Source: Eledone cirrhosa (Eukaryota). From it: DNA of 64,000 nt. Position 1 is the first letter of the stretch; each line of letters opens with the position of its first letter. The stretch spans positions 148,552,001 through 148,616,000 of the forward strand of contig OZ024742.1 in NCBI GenBank assembly GCA_964016885.1, given 5' to 3'. Made by a program: the position numbers and the translations under genes. The notes beneath the pieces are model-generated. The model made no database searches. It was given only the letters and a program-made list of their open reading frames with translations, and was not told the origin of the DNA. This document shows positions 44,958-58,871 of this stretch, piece by piece.

Positions 44958-45272
44958 AAGAAATGAATACAAGGAGTTTAAAACCGTTAAAACATGTTTA
45001 TATAACGGTGCACCTACGTACGTTTCGCCCTTGATAATCCCATTCCGGGCGAAACGTACGTAGGTGCACTGTTATATAAACATGTTTTAAACTCCTTGTA
45101 TTCATTTCTTTTATAATCGGTCTGCTTATTTTTTCTCGCCCACTAAATATTGACGCTTCTAATATTTAACCCTGTAGGCACAAGTATTGAGCACATCTGC
45201 ACAAACTATTGGCAACTAAATATATGTATCGCCTATCTTTCCTTTTTTTTCTCTCTCTCGATACTTAAACAT
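44958..45272 (+). mobile_element. Fold-back element with U3:A8 HHR truncated in stem I
   Basis: Arms 44958-45030/45047-45110; UUGAUAA-UCCC..GGGC-GAAA-CGUACG-UA at 45031-45062; tail to (TA)n. Confidence 0.7.
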
Positions 45273-45321
<49 letters not shown>

Positions 45322-45324
<3 letters not shown>

Positions 45325-45510
45325 GGAACGAGTAGGACCCCGACGGCTGAGCTCAAGCCGTATCGACGGCTAATTGGATTAGCCGTCGAAACGGCTTGAG
45401 CTCAGCCGTCGGGGTCCTACTCGTTCCTATTACCCACTCTACTACCCTAAGTATTGAGTACTTTGGTGCGTTATGGTCCACCTGGTTCCTTACCACATTT
45501 CCTTCGTTAT
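45322..45510 (+). mobile_element. Second copy of the 805-999 fold-back element
   Basis: Near-identical arms and tail, different hairpin apex. Confidence 0.8.
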
Positions 45511-45730
45511 ATATATATATATAGGCAAAAAAATAAGCGATAATAAAGCAAACAATACAGTACAATGAAGAATTTAATTAATTCAACGCTTGATATAGTA
45601 GAAGAGTCTTTACGTTTTGGACACTAGTCGTTCGTCAAAAAGTAGAATGAGAAATAACAGATGAAATAAAAAGATAGAGAGGGAAAATAGGAAGGAACGT
45701 AAACATTTTTTTTTTAGAAAACATTTTTCC

Positions 45731-45802
<72 letters not shown>

Positions 45803-46426
45803 ATATATGTGTCATACAGAACCATGTGAGATATTTTCAAACCCAAAATGTAAAGGAGGCCGACTGCACAACAATATTTTACAACCTCCTCTTTATCATA
45901 ATCATCATCATCAACAACACCTGTTTTATCTTTGCACCTATTTTCATTAATATACACACTGTTCTAAATATTTCTCCCATGTGATATTATCCCGATATTT
46001 ATTATTACAAAGAAATCTCTTATCATATCTCTTGTGTTCTTTGATTTGTGATAGATAAATTGCTTCAGTTATGATAAATAATAAACATCGTTATGGAAAC
46101 ACTAAACACACTTAAATTGTCTTTGAAGGCGAAGTGATTGAAATACACAAGTCAATGTTGGACAAAATTTCATTTAATTTCCATGTATGTAATACCCCCC
46201 CCCCCCTGAAAATGCGAACCAGAGTCAATTATTGAACGTAGATATTTCAGTTACTCAGCTTATACACTTTAAAATGTTATAAACCTTACAACTGGTGCCA
46301 GCAAAACTGATCAGACGTCAATAGATATTTTAGTTCACAAATAGCCAGGTAATTATTTCAATGGGAAGATCATTGAGGCAGAGAACGAGTAAAACGTATT
46401 GCTTGATAAGTACCTTGTATAACATT

Positions 46427-46580
46427 AGGCGTATGTGGCGAATTGGCGAAGTCATTAGAACGCCGGATAGAATGCTTTGCGGTGTTTGTTCTGGCTCTCT
46501 GCTCTCTGAGTTCAAATCCAACTGAGGTCAACTTTGCCTTTCATCCATTCAAGATTGATAAAAAGTACTGGGGTCGATTC
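46427..46580 (+). mobile_element. SINE, older copy
   Basis: ggcgaattggcgaagtc..gagttcaaatcc..gaggtcaactttgcctttcatcc. Confidence 0.7.
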
Positions 46581-46859
46581 TTCCTCTGAATCTCTGTCTT
46601 ACTTCCATTCTCTCACTCTCTATACTTCTCTTGACAAAATCTGCTGTATTCAGATCTGGAGAGAAGATGGACTCCGCCAGGTTTTTAAAATGCCCAAGAA
46701 ACGCCCTATGTCAATACGGTGCCCCTACGACTACCCCTGAAATTACGATCCATAGATATATACATAACATTGTGTCCGCAGCAGGGTCGGATGATTGAGG
46801 AGTTCGCTTTGCAATCATTAGGTTCTAGGCACGATCCCACTTCATAGATCACCTACTAA

Positions 46860-47130
46860 CAAATAAAATGATACAAGAAAAAACAGCAAAGAATCGCACT
46901 GTGGTGTGGCTGGCCTATCAGAGGCTTTTGATAGTGTACCTCACAGGTGGATTATTAAGGCTTTACAGTTAACCAAAGTCCCACAACCACTAGTAGCTGC
47001 TATTGAACGCCTGACCAAAAACTGGTACACCAATTTGATACTTAGGGGTGAGAAGGGGCAAATTAAAACTCTACGAGAAAGGTATCTTTCAGAGTGATAG
47101 CGTATCAGTGCTGCTTTTCGTCCTCTCACT
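46860..47130 (+). pseudogene. Non-LTR RT fragment (R4/Dong-like)
   Basis: AFDSVPHRWIIKAL..AIERLTKNWYTNL, then GIFQSDSVSVLLFVL in a shifted frame. Confidence 0.75.
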
Positions 47131-47418
47131 AAACCCACTATCATACCTGGCATTTTGGGCAAGTGTCATTTACCATTGTCTCGGGGTGGGTGTCCATGAC
47201 TTGTGAGTGAAATTAGATAGACGGAAGTTGTTTGGAAGCCCGTCAGTACCTCTAATTCAAAGGGCCAAAATTGTCACACACTACGTCACGATCAAACTTG
47301 ATAATCACGTTAAGGGTATACGTGTATGGGGAATGTTTAGCCACTTAAATGTGAGTCTCACGAGCCGGCCGTGATGAGGATCGAACAAATGTAACACTCA
47401 TCTTCAAAAATCGACTTT

Positions 47419-47519
47419 GTATTTTGAAAATTCGGATGCCACAGTATCTTTCTTGATTGCCTATTATAACATAGTGTAGCAATAATGGACTGAAATTCTG
47501 ATGAAACAATTGTAAATAC
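47419..47519 (+). ncRNA. Type I hammerhead with U3:A8 core and long loop II
   Basis: GUAUU-UUGAAAA-UUCGGA..UCUGAU-GAAA-CAAUUG-UA^AAUAC, ~55 nt upstream of (TA)n. Confidence 0.7.
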
Positions 47520-47569
47520 GTGGATTAAATTCTTTTGTAATTGTTTACCTTCGTCCTATTTCTCTTCTT

Positions 47570-47604
<35 letters not shown>

Positions 47605-47620
47605 GAGAGAGAGAAAGAGC

Positions 47621-47700
<80 letters not shown>

Positions 47701-47714
47701 TTAGAACATTATAT

Positions 47715-47845
47715 AAAATTGTTTGCGGAATTCGTTCCGGTTCCCTGCTCTCTGAGTTCTAATCCTGCTGAGGTCAACTTTGCCTTTCAGCCATTTAAGG
47801 TCGATAAAAAAAGTACCAGTCAAGTATTGGGGTTGATTTTTCACC
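47715..47845 (+). mobile_element. SINE, partial
   Basis: gagttctaatcctgctgaggtcaactttgcctttcagcc...aaagtaccagt. Confidence 0.7.
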
Positions 47846-48010
47846 TGTGTCTCTTTTTCACTTCCATTCTCTCATACGCTATCATTCTCCAGAAGAAATC
47901 TGCTGTATTCAGACCTGGAAAGGAGATACGCTCCACCAGGTTTTAAAATGCCATAGAAACGCAGTATGTCACTACGACGTCCCTATGACTCTCTCGGAGG
48001 TTACGGGACC

Positions 48011-48046
<36 letters not shown>

Positions 48047-48060
48047 GTATGCATTGTATG

Positions 48061-48120
<60 letters not shown>

Positions 48121-48149
48121 TATATATATGTATGCATTGCATGTATGTG

Positions 48150-48180
<31 letters not shown>

Positions 48181-48418
48181 GTGTGTAGAGAGGGGGGAGA
48201 GAGAGAGAGAGAGAGAGAGATAGATAGATAGATGGATAGAGAGAGAAAGAAAGAGAGAGCCCATGTGTGCGTGTGTGTTTAATCTGGGAAGGGAGAGCCA
48301 TACCCATGACCCTTTTGGTGGCCTCCAAGATGGTTATAAAAGAGTTTCCTCGAACTGGAAAGCTGGTCCAGGGGGCTATGGGTGATAGGGGCTACGTGGC
48401 TATGTTAAACTGGACAAT

Positions 48419-48877
48419 ATATAATGAGCCCCCAACTTACGAACGAATTACTTTCCAAGAAGCGGCTCGTTATTTGATTTGTTCGTAAGTCGATCGTCTA
48501 ACACATCAAGCCCTTATATGTTACATTGAAACTGCAGGTTTTCATATGAGCGGTATATATATATATATATATAAACAGTATATAGAGGTACTCTATAACA
48601 TGTAATAACGAATTTAAATACTGTAAAGCTAATGACAATAGATTGTTAAAGAAAAAAAGTTCTTTTTCAATTCTGCCAAAGTAGAATGGTATCCCATACC
48701 ATAGGTACGATTTCGGTTTTTTTTTATGCTGCAAAAGAAGGAACCCAGGGTCCGAAAGAGCCCACAAAAACAAACCCACCCTGGAAGAAAACAACAAAAC
48801 AATTTTTTTTCTTCGTGGGACTGTTCGTATCTGCGGAAGTTCGTAAGTAGGATGTTCGAAAGGTGGGTTTTACTGTA
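48419..48877. mobile_element. Tigger/pogo-like MITE remnant
   Basis: Right end reads TACAGTAAAACCCACCTTTCGAAC..ACTTACGAAC on the minus strand; left end has cccaacttacgaac. Confidence 0.5.
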
Positions 48878-50334
48878 CTGTGTTTACCATCCAAATAAAC
48901 CACACGAAAATGTAAATAAATACTACCAAGTATCCCATCTGGCGCTTTAGTAACTCCACCAATCAACCGTTCTTTAATTGCTACTTTATTTATGATCCCC
49001 ACCTACCCAACAGTATGAATAATGTTTCAAAATTTGGTTTTATTCAATTGAAGTAAGGTACCATCTCCCAGACAATCTTTTTGTCTATGAGCAGAGTATA
49101 TTCAAAACATTTCTGTAAAATATGGTTACGCGATATATCTGTGTTGGTCGAACTAACCTCAGTAGTTGCTGATGTTTATTTTGTTGCACACAGAAAATGA
49201 AGGGTAAATTTGACTTTAACAAAATTTGAAATAAGAGCGTAAATAATTAAAACTAAATACTGTAAGGCTTTTACTCTGTTGTTCTACTAAAAAAAAAAAC
49301 CAGTGATATCATTTGATGACGTACATTACCAATGTTTCAACGATGGCTGAAGATCGGTAGGTAGATACTAATAAAAAATACTTTAGTCTATTACAGTTTA
49401 TGTCAAAACTACCATCCCCCGCCAACAGAAACTTTGTGTACGATGAAAATTAGATTATTGTTCAAAACTGTTCCCAGAACGAAGTTGATTGTTCCATATG
49501 TTTTGTAGAATTGTTAAAATTACGTGTCGATTTGTTGCACGAAACTGGAATTTGCGTAGATTAACAAATCACCGGATTTCCTGTTGTGTTTTATGATGTT
49601 ATATGCCAGACATCTGTAAAAGGCATCGCTTTCCAGCCTTCAATATGATGAACAACACCATTTTGAGGTTAATTGTGGATTTTTTCTTTTTTCTTTTCCT
49701 TTCTGCGCATCATTTATGTAAAATTCTGTCACAACCGTTCCTTTTTTTTCTCTATTATCTATCGTCTTTCTCTGATTCTTTATTTTTTTATCTTCCTCAC
49801 TCACATCCCCCTCTTCCTCTTTCCCTCATTCTCTCTTTCTTTTTCTATCTCTCTTCCTCTCTCTAACCCTCCTTCTCTCATACATACTTCCACTACGTAT
49901 CTATTTTATATCGTTCTCCTTTCTCTCTTGCTTTCTAATTATGTCTATCTCTTCTCTGCCCTTCTATTTCCCTTCTATTCCTTTCTACTTTACTAACATT
50001 TTCATTCTTATTACGGTTTACTATAACATTTTCATTCATATCTCACTCAATTTCCCATATATTCTTCATTATTAATTTTTTGTTGTTCTATGTCTGGGTC
50101 TAAATGTGTGTGGAACGTCGTTTCAAACGGGGGAAAGTATTCAATTGTTTGTGTTCAATCAAATAGTAAAATATATATACCATTCAACTTCTCTATCTAT
50201 CTATATATCTATCTATCTTTTTAAATTGCATTTGTGATAACATTTTACACGTTTTTATTGTATGTAAACTTCCCCCTTTGTATTTGTCCCCTTCTTTTGT
50301 GCCCCTGTGGCTAATAAAGAAACATATCTATCTC

Positions 50335-51320
50335 TGGCACACTGAGTGTGCCCAGGCGCTCACCGCCCTCTGGCAGGCGGATCCGGTTATCAGTGGAGAC
50401 TCCACCGCAACATTCTATAGAGGGCTGGTACGCAGCAGGTGCGACGACGCCCTCGGAGAAGCCCTAGACATGGAGGAGGACGAACTGGCCAGCCTGTTCG
50501 GTGGGACATTCAGCCCAGGACCTATGGACAATTTCCAGAAGTCCCTGGCCTGGCAGTGCTACCGAGGGGCTTTACCCGTTCGAGAAAGGCTCTACAGACA
50601 CGGGCGCCCGGGTAGGGACCCCGCCAAAAAGATCTGTCCCAGATGCGTGTGCGACGAGGAAACCGTTGCACACGCATTGGTACACTGCTCGGGCGTAGCC
50701 GATCTGTGGGGCTATGTCGAACAACTGCTGTCAAGGGTGGGACCGATCCGGTTGACCACCGAGTCTATTGTAATGATCAAGCCGCCTCCCCCCTTCAAAG
50801 ATGAAGCAGAGGCGGTGTTTCTGTGCGTAATAGCCATGGCGAAAGAGGTTGTATGGTGGACGCGTCTGAAAGGACTGAGGTCAGGCACCTTTCTCTCTGG
50901 CCAACAACTGGTCCGTTTCTTCCGATATCATTTCGGAAGAAGGATCAGGATGGAGAGAGAGGTGCTGCACCCCAGCCGTTTCTATGAAAGATGGGTGAAA
51001 GTGGCGAGAATGGCCCGTGTGAATGGGCCTTCACTCTACATCAGACTATAGGTGAGGAAGATGAAAGACCAAGGGAGCACCCCTTCTCTGTGCTCCTGAG
51101 GAGAAGGGTTGCACACTTTTTTCGGGGGTGTGTGCGACCCCCCAAGGCGCCTCCTCTCTATTGAGGATTTTGTTAAAAATTTTATTTTTTGTTATATCTT
51201 ATTTTATTTTTATATTTTGTTATTGCCTCCTCCTTATTGAGGACGCCTTTTTGTGTAAACTCCCCCCCTTTGTATTTGTCCCACTTTTGATGCCCTTGTG
51301 GCAAATAAAAGAAACATATC
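50335..51320 (+). mobile_element. Tx1/L1-clade LINE, 5'-truncated (ORF2 C-terminal zinc-binding region plus 3' UTR)
   Basis: Open GC-rich frame to 51051: LAWQCYRGALPVRERL..CPRC..ETVAHALVHC..WWTRLK; 3' UTR with AATAAA ending in (TATC)n. Confidence 0.9.
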
Positions 51321-51359
51321 TATCTATCTATCTATCTATCATCTATCTGTCTCTGTCTG

Positions 51360-51461
<102 letters not shown>

Positions 51462-51780
51462 ATTCTGTCAAAACCGTTCCTTTTTTTCTCTATTATCTAT
51501 CGTCTTTCTCTGATTCTTTATTTTTTTATCTTCCTCACTCACATCCCCCTCTTCCTCTTTATATATATATATATATATACATATATATTATATTATCTAG
51601 GTACCTATCTATCTATAATATACTAATATACATACATACATATACATATGTGTGTGTGTATGTATATATATGTATATATATATATATATATATATCAATG
51701 GTTGTGCCCCAACATGGCCTCAGCCTATCGGCTGGAACACACAATAGAGTAATATAGATATATATATGTATGTATATATA

Positions 51781-51878
<98 letters not shown>

Positions 51879-51989
51879 TATATATATATATACATTATTA
51901 ATATAATCTTCTATACACAATCATACACACCCATGTATATTTACCTATCTATATCTATATATATATATATATATATAAATATATATATA

Positions 51990-52042
<53 letters not shown>

Positions 52043-52825
52043 ATGTATGTATATTTCACGTTCTCTCTTTCTGTAACTTCTGTAACGTATCTAATGTATC
52101 CTACGCAAATTAGCAGGCTAACAGAAATACTGTCAGGCGAGTCAGCCTCTAGAAACTTTAGAATAAACATCTGCGACCAGAGATTTTCACTCAATCGTGT
52201 TTACGTCATATTTTCACAAATAAATACGCAACAGACACGACTGCACTACAAAGGTCAACAGACCCATTTTTAAATTTTTATTCTAAGCCAGACGACTCGT
52301 TAACAACAAAACATATGCGAATTTATTGAAAATTAGTATTACATTTTCGAGGACTAAGGCATCTTATTTTGTAAGTTCCATATTTATGCTCGCTATAATG
52401 TTTCTTTGTGTATTATATTGCCTCATTATATACCATTTATTTATTTATTTTTATTCACTGGACACGACAAAATCTGTTGCATGTGTAGTGATTGTTCGTT
52501 GAATGTTTTTTAAAGTCTTTGCTGTGGTTTTTTCTTGACATTTAATAGGTTTCTAAAACAAAAATTAAATAGGATAGGCGTAAATCCATCAACATCTGCG
52601 TACCTATACACCTGTATACAAACACATATACATGCACACATATAGATGCCAAATTTATCCAAGGAGAAGGCAAGAGACAAGACCATTTGGCATCAAAGTC
52701 GTCGTACCCGTTGCTGTCAGGACATAAAAATCCGCAACAAATAACACAAGGCATTTTCTCTACGTTCTAATTATTCTACCAATCCTGCATGAACACACAC
52801 ACACTCACACACACACGCGCACACA

Positions 52826-52908
<83 letters not shown>

Positions 52909-52987
52909 ACACACACACACATACACATACATACATACATACATACATACATACATACATACATACATACATACATACATACATACA

Positions 52988-53405
52988 TGGTGGCTGCCAA
53001 CTCGTTTTCGAGTACGGCCACTACTTTATATCCATGTAGGAGAACCCCTACCGATGCGTTGAACATGTGTGACGTTTTAGGCCAGCCAGCGACTTGAAAA
53101 CTCTGGTACAAACACTACACTTGTGACAATTATTGACACATAGTGCTGGGCCCATGGTACCATGTGACGACAAGTGCAGAGATCTCCAGATATAAAGCAA
53201 TGCCTGTGCCGTGAAGCTTTTATAGTGAGCAAAGGCACTGCACAAAGCCAGTCCCATTCTCTTAACCAAGATGATATTTACCAAAAAGAAGAACAAGTCA
53301 ACATCATTGGATACCATCAGGGTTGCAGGTGTTATATCAGAGTTTTCCTTCTCCTAGAATTCTGCCTTGACAAAGGCTAAGGAGTCATCTCTCCCGGTGA
53401 TTTTG
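52988..53405 (-). mobile_element. LINE 3' remnant (RTE-like terminal C2H2) inside (TACA)n
   Basis: HKCSVCTRVFKSLAGLKRH at ~53065-53125; flanked by (TACA)n. Confidence 0.55.
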
Positions 53406-53449
53406 TACATACATACATACATACATACATACATACATACATACATACA

Positions 53450-53477
<28 letters not shown>

Positions 53478-53480
<3 letters not shown>

Positions 53481-53745
53481 TCAATGATATTAAATAAATG
53501 GAAACTATATTTATAAAACCATATTTATTCTATTATATATATTTCAAGGGTACCAAAATTTTGGTACGCTATCATCAGATAAAATACAAAATGTTTTATA
53601 AATATTTGACATGACCAAGGATAATATACCTTAACGGTTCAAGTTATCCCTGGAAAGTCATTTAATATCATTGAATATTTACTCCAAAAAGCTGTCGTGT
53701 GCTCTGAATCAGTTATAAACATTTATATTTATTTGTTGTATTTCC
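53478..53745. mobile_element. Inverted pLTR plus tail, same family as ~10340-10560, with HHR at 53526-53586 (-)
   Basis: UAUUUUAU-CUGAUGA-UAGCGUACCAAAAUUUUGGUACCCUU-GAAA-UAUAUA-UA^AUAGAAUA; short arms tcaatgatattaaat/atttaatatcattga. Confidence 0.75.
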
Positions 53746-53800
53746 AACAAATGAGGTGCACTATATATAAAATTGCAAACTTGACTGTTACCACATAATA

Positions 53801-53839
53801 TGAACCTGAAGATTGCGAAAGAATGAAAGTACTTGTTCA
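53801..53839 (+). ncRNA. Minimal hammerhead, copy of 13819-13857
   Basis: UGAAC-CUGAAGA-..-GAAA-GUAC-UU^GUUCA with weakened stem II. Confidence 0.7.
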
Positions 53840-53951
53840 ATTAACACTTAACATTTAATATTCTACCATACTATTTCATTCTAATACCATTATAAATTTT
53901 AAAGGATTGTAAATAAAACGAGTAAATCAGACAAAGTTGGAATTCCTTTTA

Positions 53952-53987
<36 letters not shown>

Positions 53988-53995
<8 letters not shown>

Positions 53996-54305
53996 CGGAG
54001 ACCATATTCAGTTAGCTCGGGTTTATTTAAAACTCCGTTATACATATTTTACTGATGACTATCAGTTTAGATAGCCTGAGCTCTTCAGACGGCAGAACTT
54101 AAAATAAACATTGAAAGTTCCTAATAAACGCTTAAATTCGGTAATCCAATAATTTACCCGAAAAAGATTTTCTTTTCGTGATACAGAGGGCCGGCAGAAT
54201 GCGTAGTGTTGTTTCTTCGACGGCCGTCCTCAGTAATAGCCCTAATATGTATAACGAAGTTTTGATTAACCTGAACAAACTGAATATAGCCTCCGATCTT
54301 TTATT
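53988..54305. mobile_element. Old fold-back element with decayed HHR (54035-54092, -)
   Basis: Arms ~53988-54048/54244-54303; CCGU-CUGAAGA-GCU..AGU-AAAA-UAUGUA-UA^ACGG (G12 lost). Confidence 0.6.
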
Positions 54306-54682
54306 ACTATATAATGCTCCGTCTTGTACCATTTATACAGGTCGTTGAGCGCTTCTTTTTAGCTGCTACACATCCGACAGACCCTAATGTGATCAGCACA
54401 TCCCTGTTCTGTTAAACCCATACTCTAAATATATATATTGTGGGGTCTGCGTGTGCATGGATATAATATATTTCAGATGGAAATATCTTATACAAGACAA
54501 ACATTGTATTATTCGGTTGAACTCATCAAAAACGTATTTTTCTGTCGATTTCCATTTCTCTACAGAAAACCAACATATATATAAAAATGACTTCTACATG
54601 ACTAGTACTGTTTCATTCATATGAAATCACCAGGAATCAGAATATTTGGGGCCTTTTTCCTATCCCCTTCTGAAAACCATCC

Positions 54683-54739
<57 letters not shown>

Positions 54740-55070
54740 CCCAAGGGCGGTGCCCCAGCATGGCCTCAGCCGGATGGCTAAAACAGGTAAAAGAGTAAAA
54801 GAGTATATATATATATATAAATAAATAAATCATACACAAAACGCCAGCACCAACAGTTTTGCAAGAGATGTCAACATGTTATTTTTATCTAAAGACATTT
54901 TTTCCAATTCCAACCCGCCCGTCTTTTCAATCTATCTTATTTCTCATTCTTTCTTCAGGTCTAGCGTCCGAAACGTTAAGACCCTCTTCCTGCTATATTA
55001 AGCGTTAACCTAATACATCCCTTCCATATACTGTACCGATTGTGTTGTTATTTCAGTTTACCTTTTACAT

Positions 55071-55163
<93 letters not shown>

Positions 55164-55684
55164 ATCCGATGAGATGATTATGATAAAAATACCGTCCACA
55201 AACCTGATGTATATTGTATGTTTGTCTTGGTACCACTTTGTTTTCTATGCGAACGTAGATTGTTGATAAAAGCAATACTCATAACACGGGAACGTCCTGA
55301 AAAACACACCAGACTTATGTTTTTGAGATCTAACGGTGAAAATTCGAATTCTCTTGGTAATAACTGCACATCATAATGCCACTACCTTCAATAAAGATCT
55401 AACAACACGCGTTAACAAGGTTTCATCCCGAAGATTAGAACATGAACATCTAGAAACGTTGATAATGGATTTAGGAACTTTTCTGTTTCAAATAACCTAC
55501 AAGAAACAGCTTATTAAGATATATGAAAACAACCAGCTTCCTTTAAAAAATTGCAATCTTGTTTTCAGTACAAGAAATACTAAAAGAAAATCAGTTACCA
55601 TACATACTAATATGAAATCCAGTCGCATATTGTACCAACTAAAGATACGCATGTGTAAGCTGTACCAATAACGATAAATGCATA

Positions 55685-56025
55685 TACAGTATAGGTCAAA
55701 AGTCTGAATTCAAGCATGAAATTTAGCAATTTTCTAAATACGAATTGATAGTAAGATAAAAACAAATCATCTACTAGATATTTGCAAATAACAATGTTAA
55801 TTTATTTACACCGTGTGTTATTATATATGACTGGTTAAGTATTTCTGATTTCGTCTTCTTTTTTACAAATAAGATGTTGCAAGGTCCATCAATATTTTAT
55901 AAATTCGTGGAATTGTCATCAGAAAAAAAGTTTAAATTGATGCTTTACATGACAGTGGACTTTCGTTCAGAAATATTTCAACTCGACTAAAAATATCTGT
56001 TGGTGCTGTACAGAAATCTTTCTGT
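55685..56025 (+). mobile_element. Tc1-like transposon 5' fragment
   Basis: TA-CAGTataggtCAAAAGT terminus; ELSSEKK/IDALHDSGLSFRNISTRLKISVGAVQKS resembles the transposase HTH. Confidence 0.5.
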
Positions 56026-57814
56026 CAATCTTACCAGATAAATTTATAAAAATCATCTGGGAAATTAGGCAGAATTCGTGACTTAACTCTTCTAACTGAT
56101 TGAATGATTCGCTTTCTTTGTTTCGCATTTTTAGTCACATCAAACTTTGCCGTACACGCACAGCTGCCAGTAACAGTAAAATACAGTTTCGTAACTTCTC
56201 TACTACACTCTTTCTTTCATACTATCATACTTCCACTTTGTTTCTTCCTATCTTTTTCATTCTTTTTCCCATTCTTTCATGCTTCCATTTCTCCCACTCT
56301 ACCGTTATCATATTTTTAAAGTAATCTTAACTGTCGATCTGTACATTTTGTTTATATATTGATATCAGCTGTAACTTGAATTAGACACTTTGTGCCCATA
56401 TTCACAAGTCTTTCGGTGTTTACATTTGTGTCTTTCTTTTAATTTGCTTTTTTTATTAATGATTTTGCATCAATAACACAATGGAAAAGCTGTTCCACAT
56501 TTGCAAGGTATTCTGCGGTAAAACACAAGCTATCTCTGAATGTAGCAGAAATAGAAAAGCAAGAATTCTATTTTGTGCACGGTAAATTTTATGTAGGGTG
56601 CTCAAGTGTTCGAAGCCATCCTCAAACGTTTTTGTTTATGCACCTACATCCAAAATCAAAGTATTATGCTCCTGAGTTGCTGTCGTTACAATGCTCAGAA
56701 TTCCTGGTTACAGATCTAATGTCATAAATCTGAGATCCATTGCAATTATTAAAATCGTTTCTTTATTGATTCAAGTATTTCTCCGTACTTGTCCTATATT
56801 TAAATGCCTGGCTTGCCTTTTTGCTCACTAGTTACAATGCATTATAAAAATGATTTCATTTTCATTGGTGGTTTACCTCGCTACACTCCAGTCTCTTCTA
56901 TTTGAAATAGTTTATTAAAACAGTTTAAATTTCGCCCAATTCTGCGTTATTATTTAATACCCTTAAAGAAAGCCCTTCGCGGCAGAAAGAAGTGGCAGCA
57001 ACCGCTACGGAGAAACCAGCCCCACTGGCCACTTTTTGCCCGATTTTCTAACCTAAGCCCATAATTTATAGCAATGAACTATTGTTACAGGTATTTTCTG
57101 GGATGGTTTAGCTAATGGGTAGATCTTGTCATTCCTATTAGTGCAATAAATAAAAGCACTCAACGTTCAGCGTTTCATCCATCATACATTTTGTATATTG
57201 TGGTTGGTGCACAAACGGAGTTAAATACTACAATGAAAAAAAAGAAGGCCGGATTCCAAATTATTCCTTTAATGTTGCATAGATACACAATACGTATTTC
57301 TATCGTCGTAAGAACTTACAAAACAAGTACTTATAGAAATGTTAAATACATTTCACAATCACGGCTGCCGCATTGAGCTGGTACAAACACTAGGTTCTGG
57401 AATCTGGCAAGCTTTCAATAAAAAAAAAAGATTTTTACCAGTTCGCCTACTCCGTAAAGTGTCGTTTGGAAATGTGTTGAGTGTGTTGTAACAGCATCAC
57501 TATATCCATTATTTGATGACATCAAAATGGTCTGTGTTGACTAAAATATGTCTTACCAGAAAATATATAACAAGCTGTCATATAATTGATCACAAGCTCA
57601 TAAATTGTATCTGATTTTTTTTCTCTCGGTTTACTAACAAAGTAAGCATCGTTTTTCCATTACTCGGTGACATCAATGCTGTCCATGCTTACTAAATGTG
57701 TGAAGCAGAAGATATATGAGAGACAGTTGTATAATTGAAAACAAACTGAAAAGTTGCATCTAAGAGATGTTTATCTGTTTGCAAACACACACAGACAAAC
57801 ATGCACGCATGCAC

Positions 57815-57845
<31 letters not shown>

Positions 57846-57890
57846 TACATACATACATACATACATACATACATACATACATACATACAT

Positions 57891-57923
<33 letters not shown>

Positions 57924-57975
57924 TACATACATACATACATACATACATACATACATACATACATACATACATACG

Positions 57976-58782
57976 AAATACCTGATTCACAAAGGAGATA
58001 GGCAATGTCATCAGCAGCTGTCATCGCGGTACTATCTACCTATGAGGCATGATGTAGTGGCCAAAACACTGTACAATGCAGTTCGTAAAAAAGATAGCCC
58101 CGATAATAAACACATTAAAAGCTACAACAATGTGGAAGACATCCATGTACATAATATGAAAGAATACTGGTGGAATGTTCCAGTAAAAACCCCAATAAAA
58201 TGCGGGCATAACAGACCAGATATTATGATATGGTACAGGGAGAAGAAAACATGCACAGTAGTGGAAATTAGCTGCCCAGCAGATGCCAATATAATATCAA
58301 AGATTAGTGAAAAGGAGAATATTTATGCAGAACTGATGAGAAATCTGCAGATACTCCACCCTGATTACATCTTCAGATTTATGCCTGTGATTATTGGGGT
58401 ACTGGGATATGTTAGTAACTGCCTCAATACAAATCTTGAGAAGCTAGGCTTCACATGAACAGAAAGAACACAACTAGTTAGGAAATTACAAGTACAATCC
58501 ATTAATGGAACAGTAAAAATATGTAAAACATTCCAAAACTTTTGCATCTAATAACCGCATATACACATGTACAGATACAAAGCATATACACATGCACACA
58601 TACAACTCAAAACATCCACATCCACACATACAATAACATCCATATCTACACATGCATGCATACATACATAATTTACCTAGTTGATGTTGTGTAAATTCCA
58701 ATGAGAGAGTCTTGTGCCTATATTAGAAACCGACTCCCTCTCTATTGGTAAAACTTTGTGAAATTATAAAACCAGAAGAACG
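57976..58782 (+). mobile_element. R4/Dong-like non-LTR element, 3' fragment (restriction-like endonuclease) in (TACA)n
   Basis: RHDVVAK..YWWN..HNRPDIMIW..VEISCP..EKENIY..PVIIGVLG; one internal stop at 58456-58458; (TACA)n on both sides. Confidence 0.9.
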
Positions 58783-58803
58783 TACATACATACATACACA
58801 CAT

Positions 58804-58871
<68 letters not shown>

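Noticed and set aside
52542-52754. Cys-rich 70-aa ORF as a host exon
   Set aside because: No recognisable domain or splice support; cannot be assessed without RNA data
55298-55357. CUGAAAA...GAAAAUUCGAAUUC possible hammerhead
   Set aside because: C3/A8 mismatch and no stem I pairing
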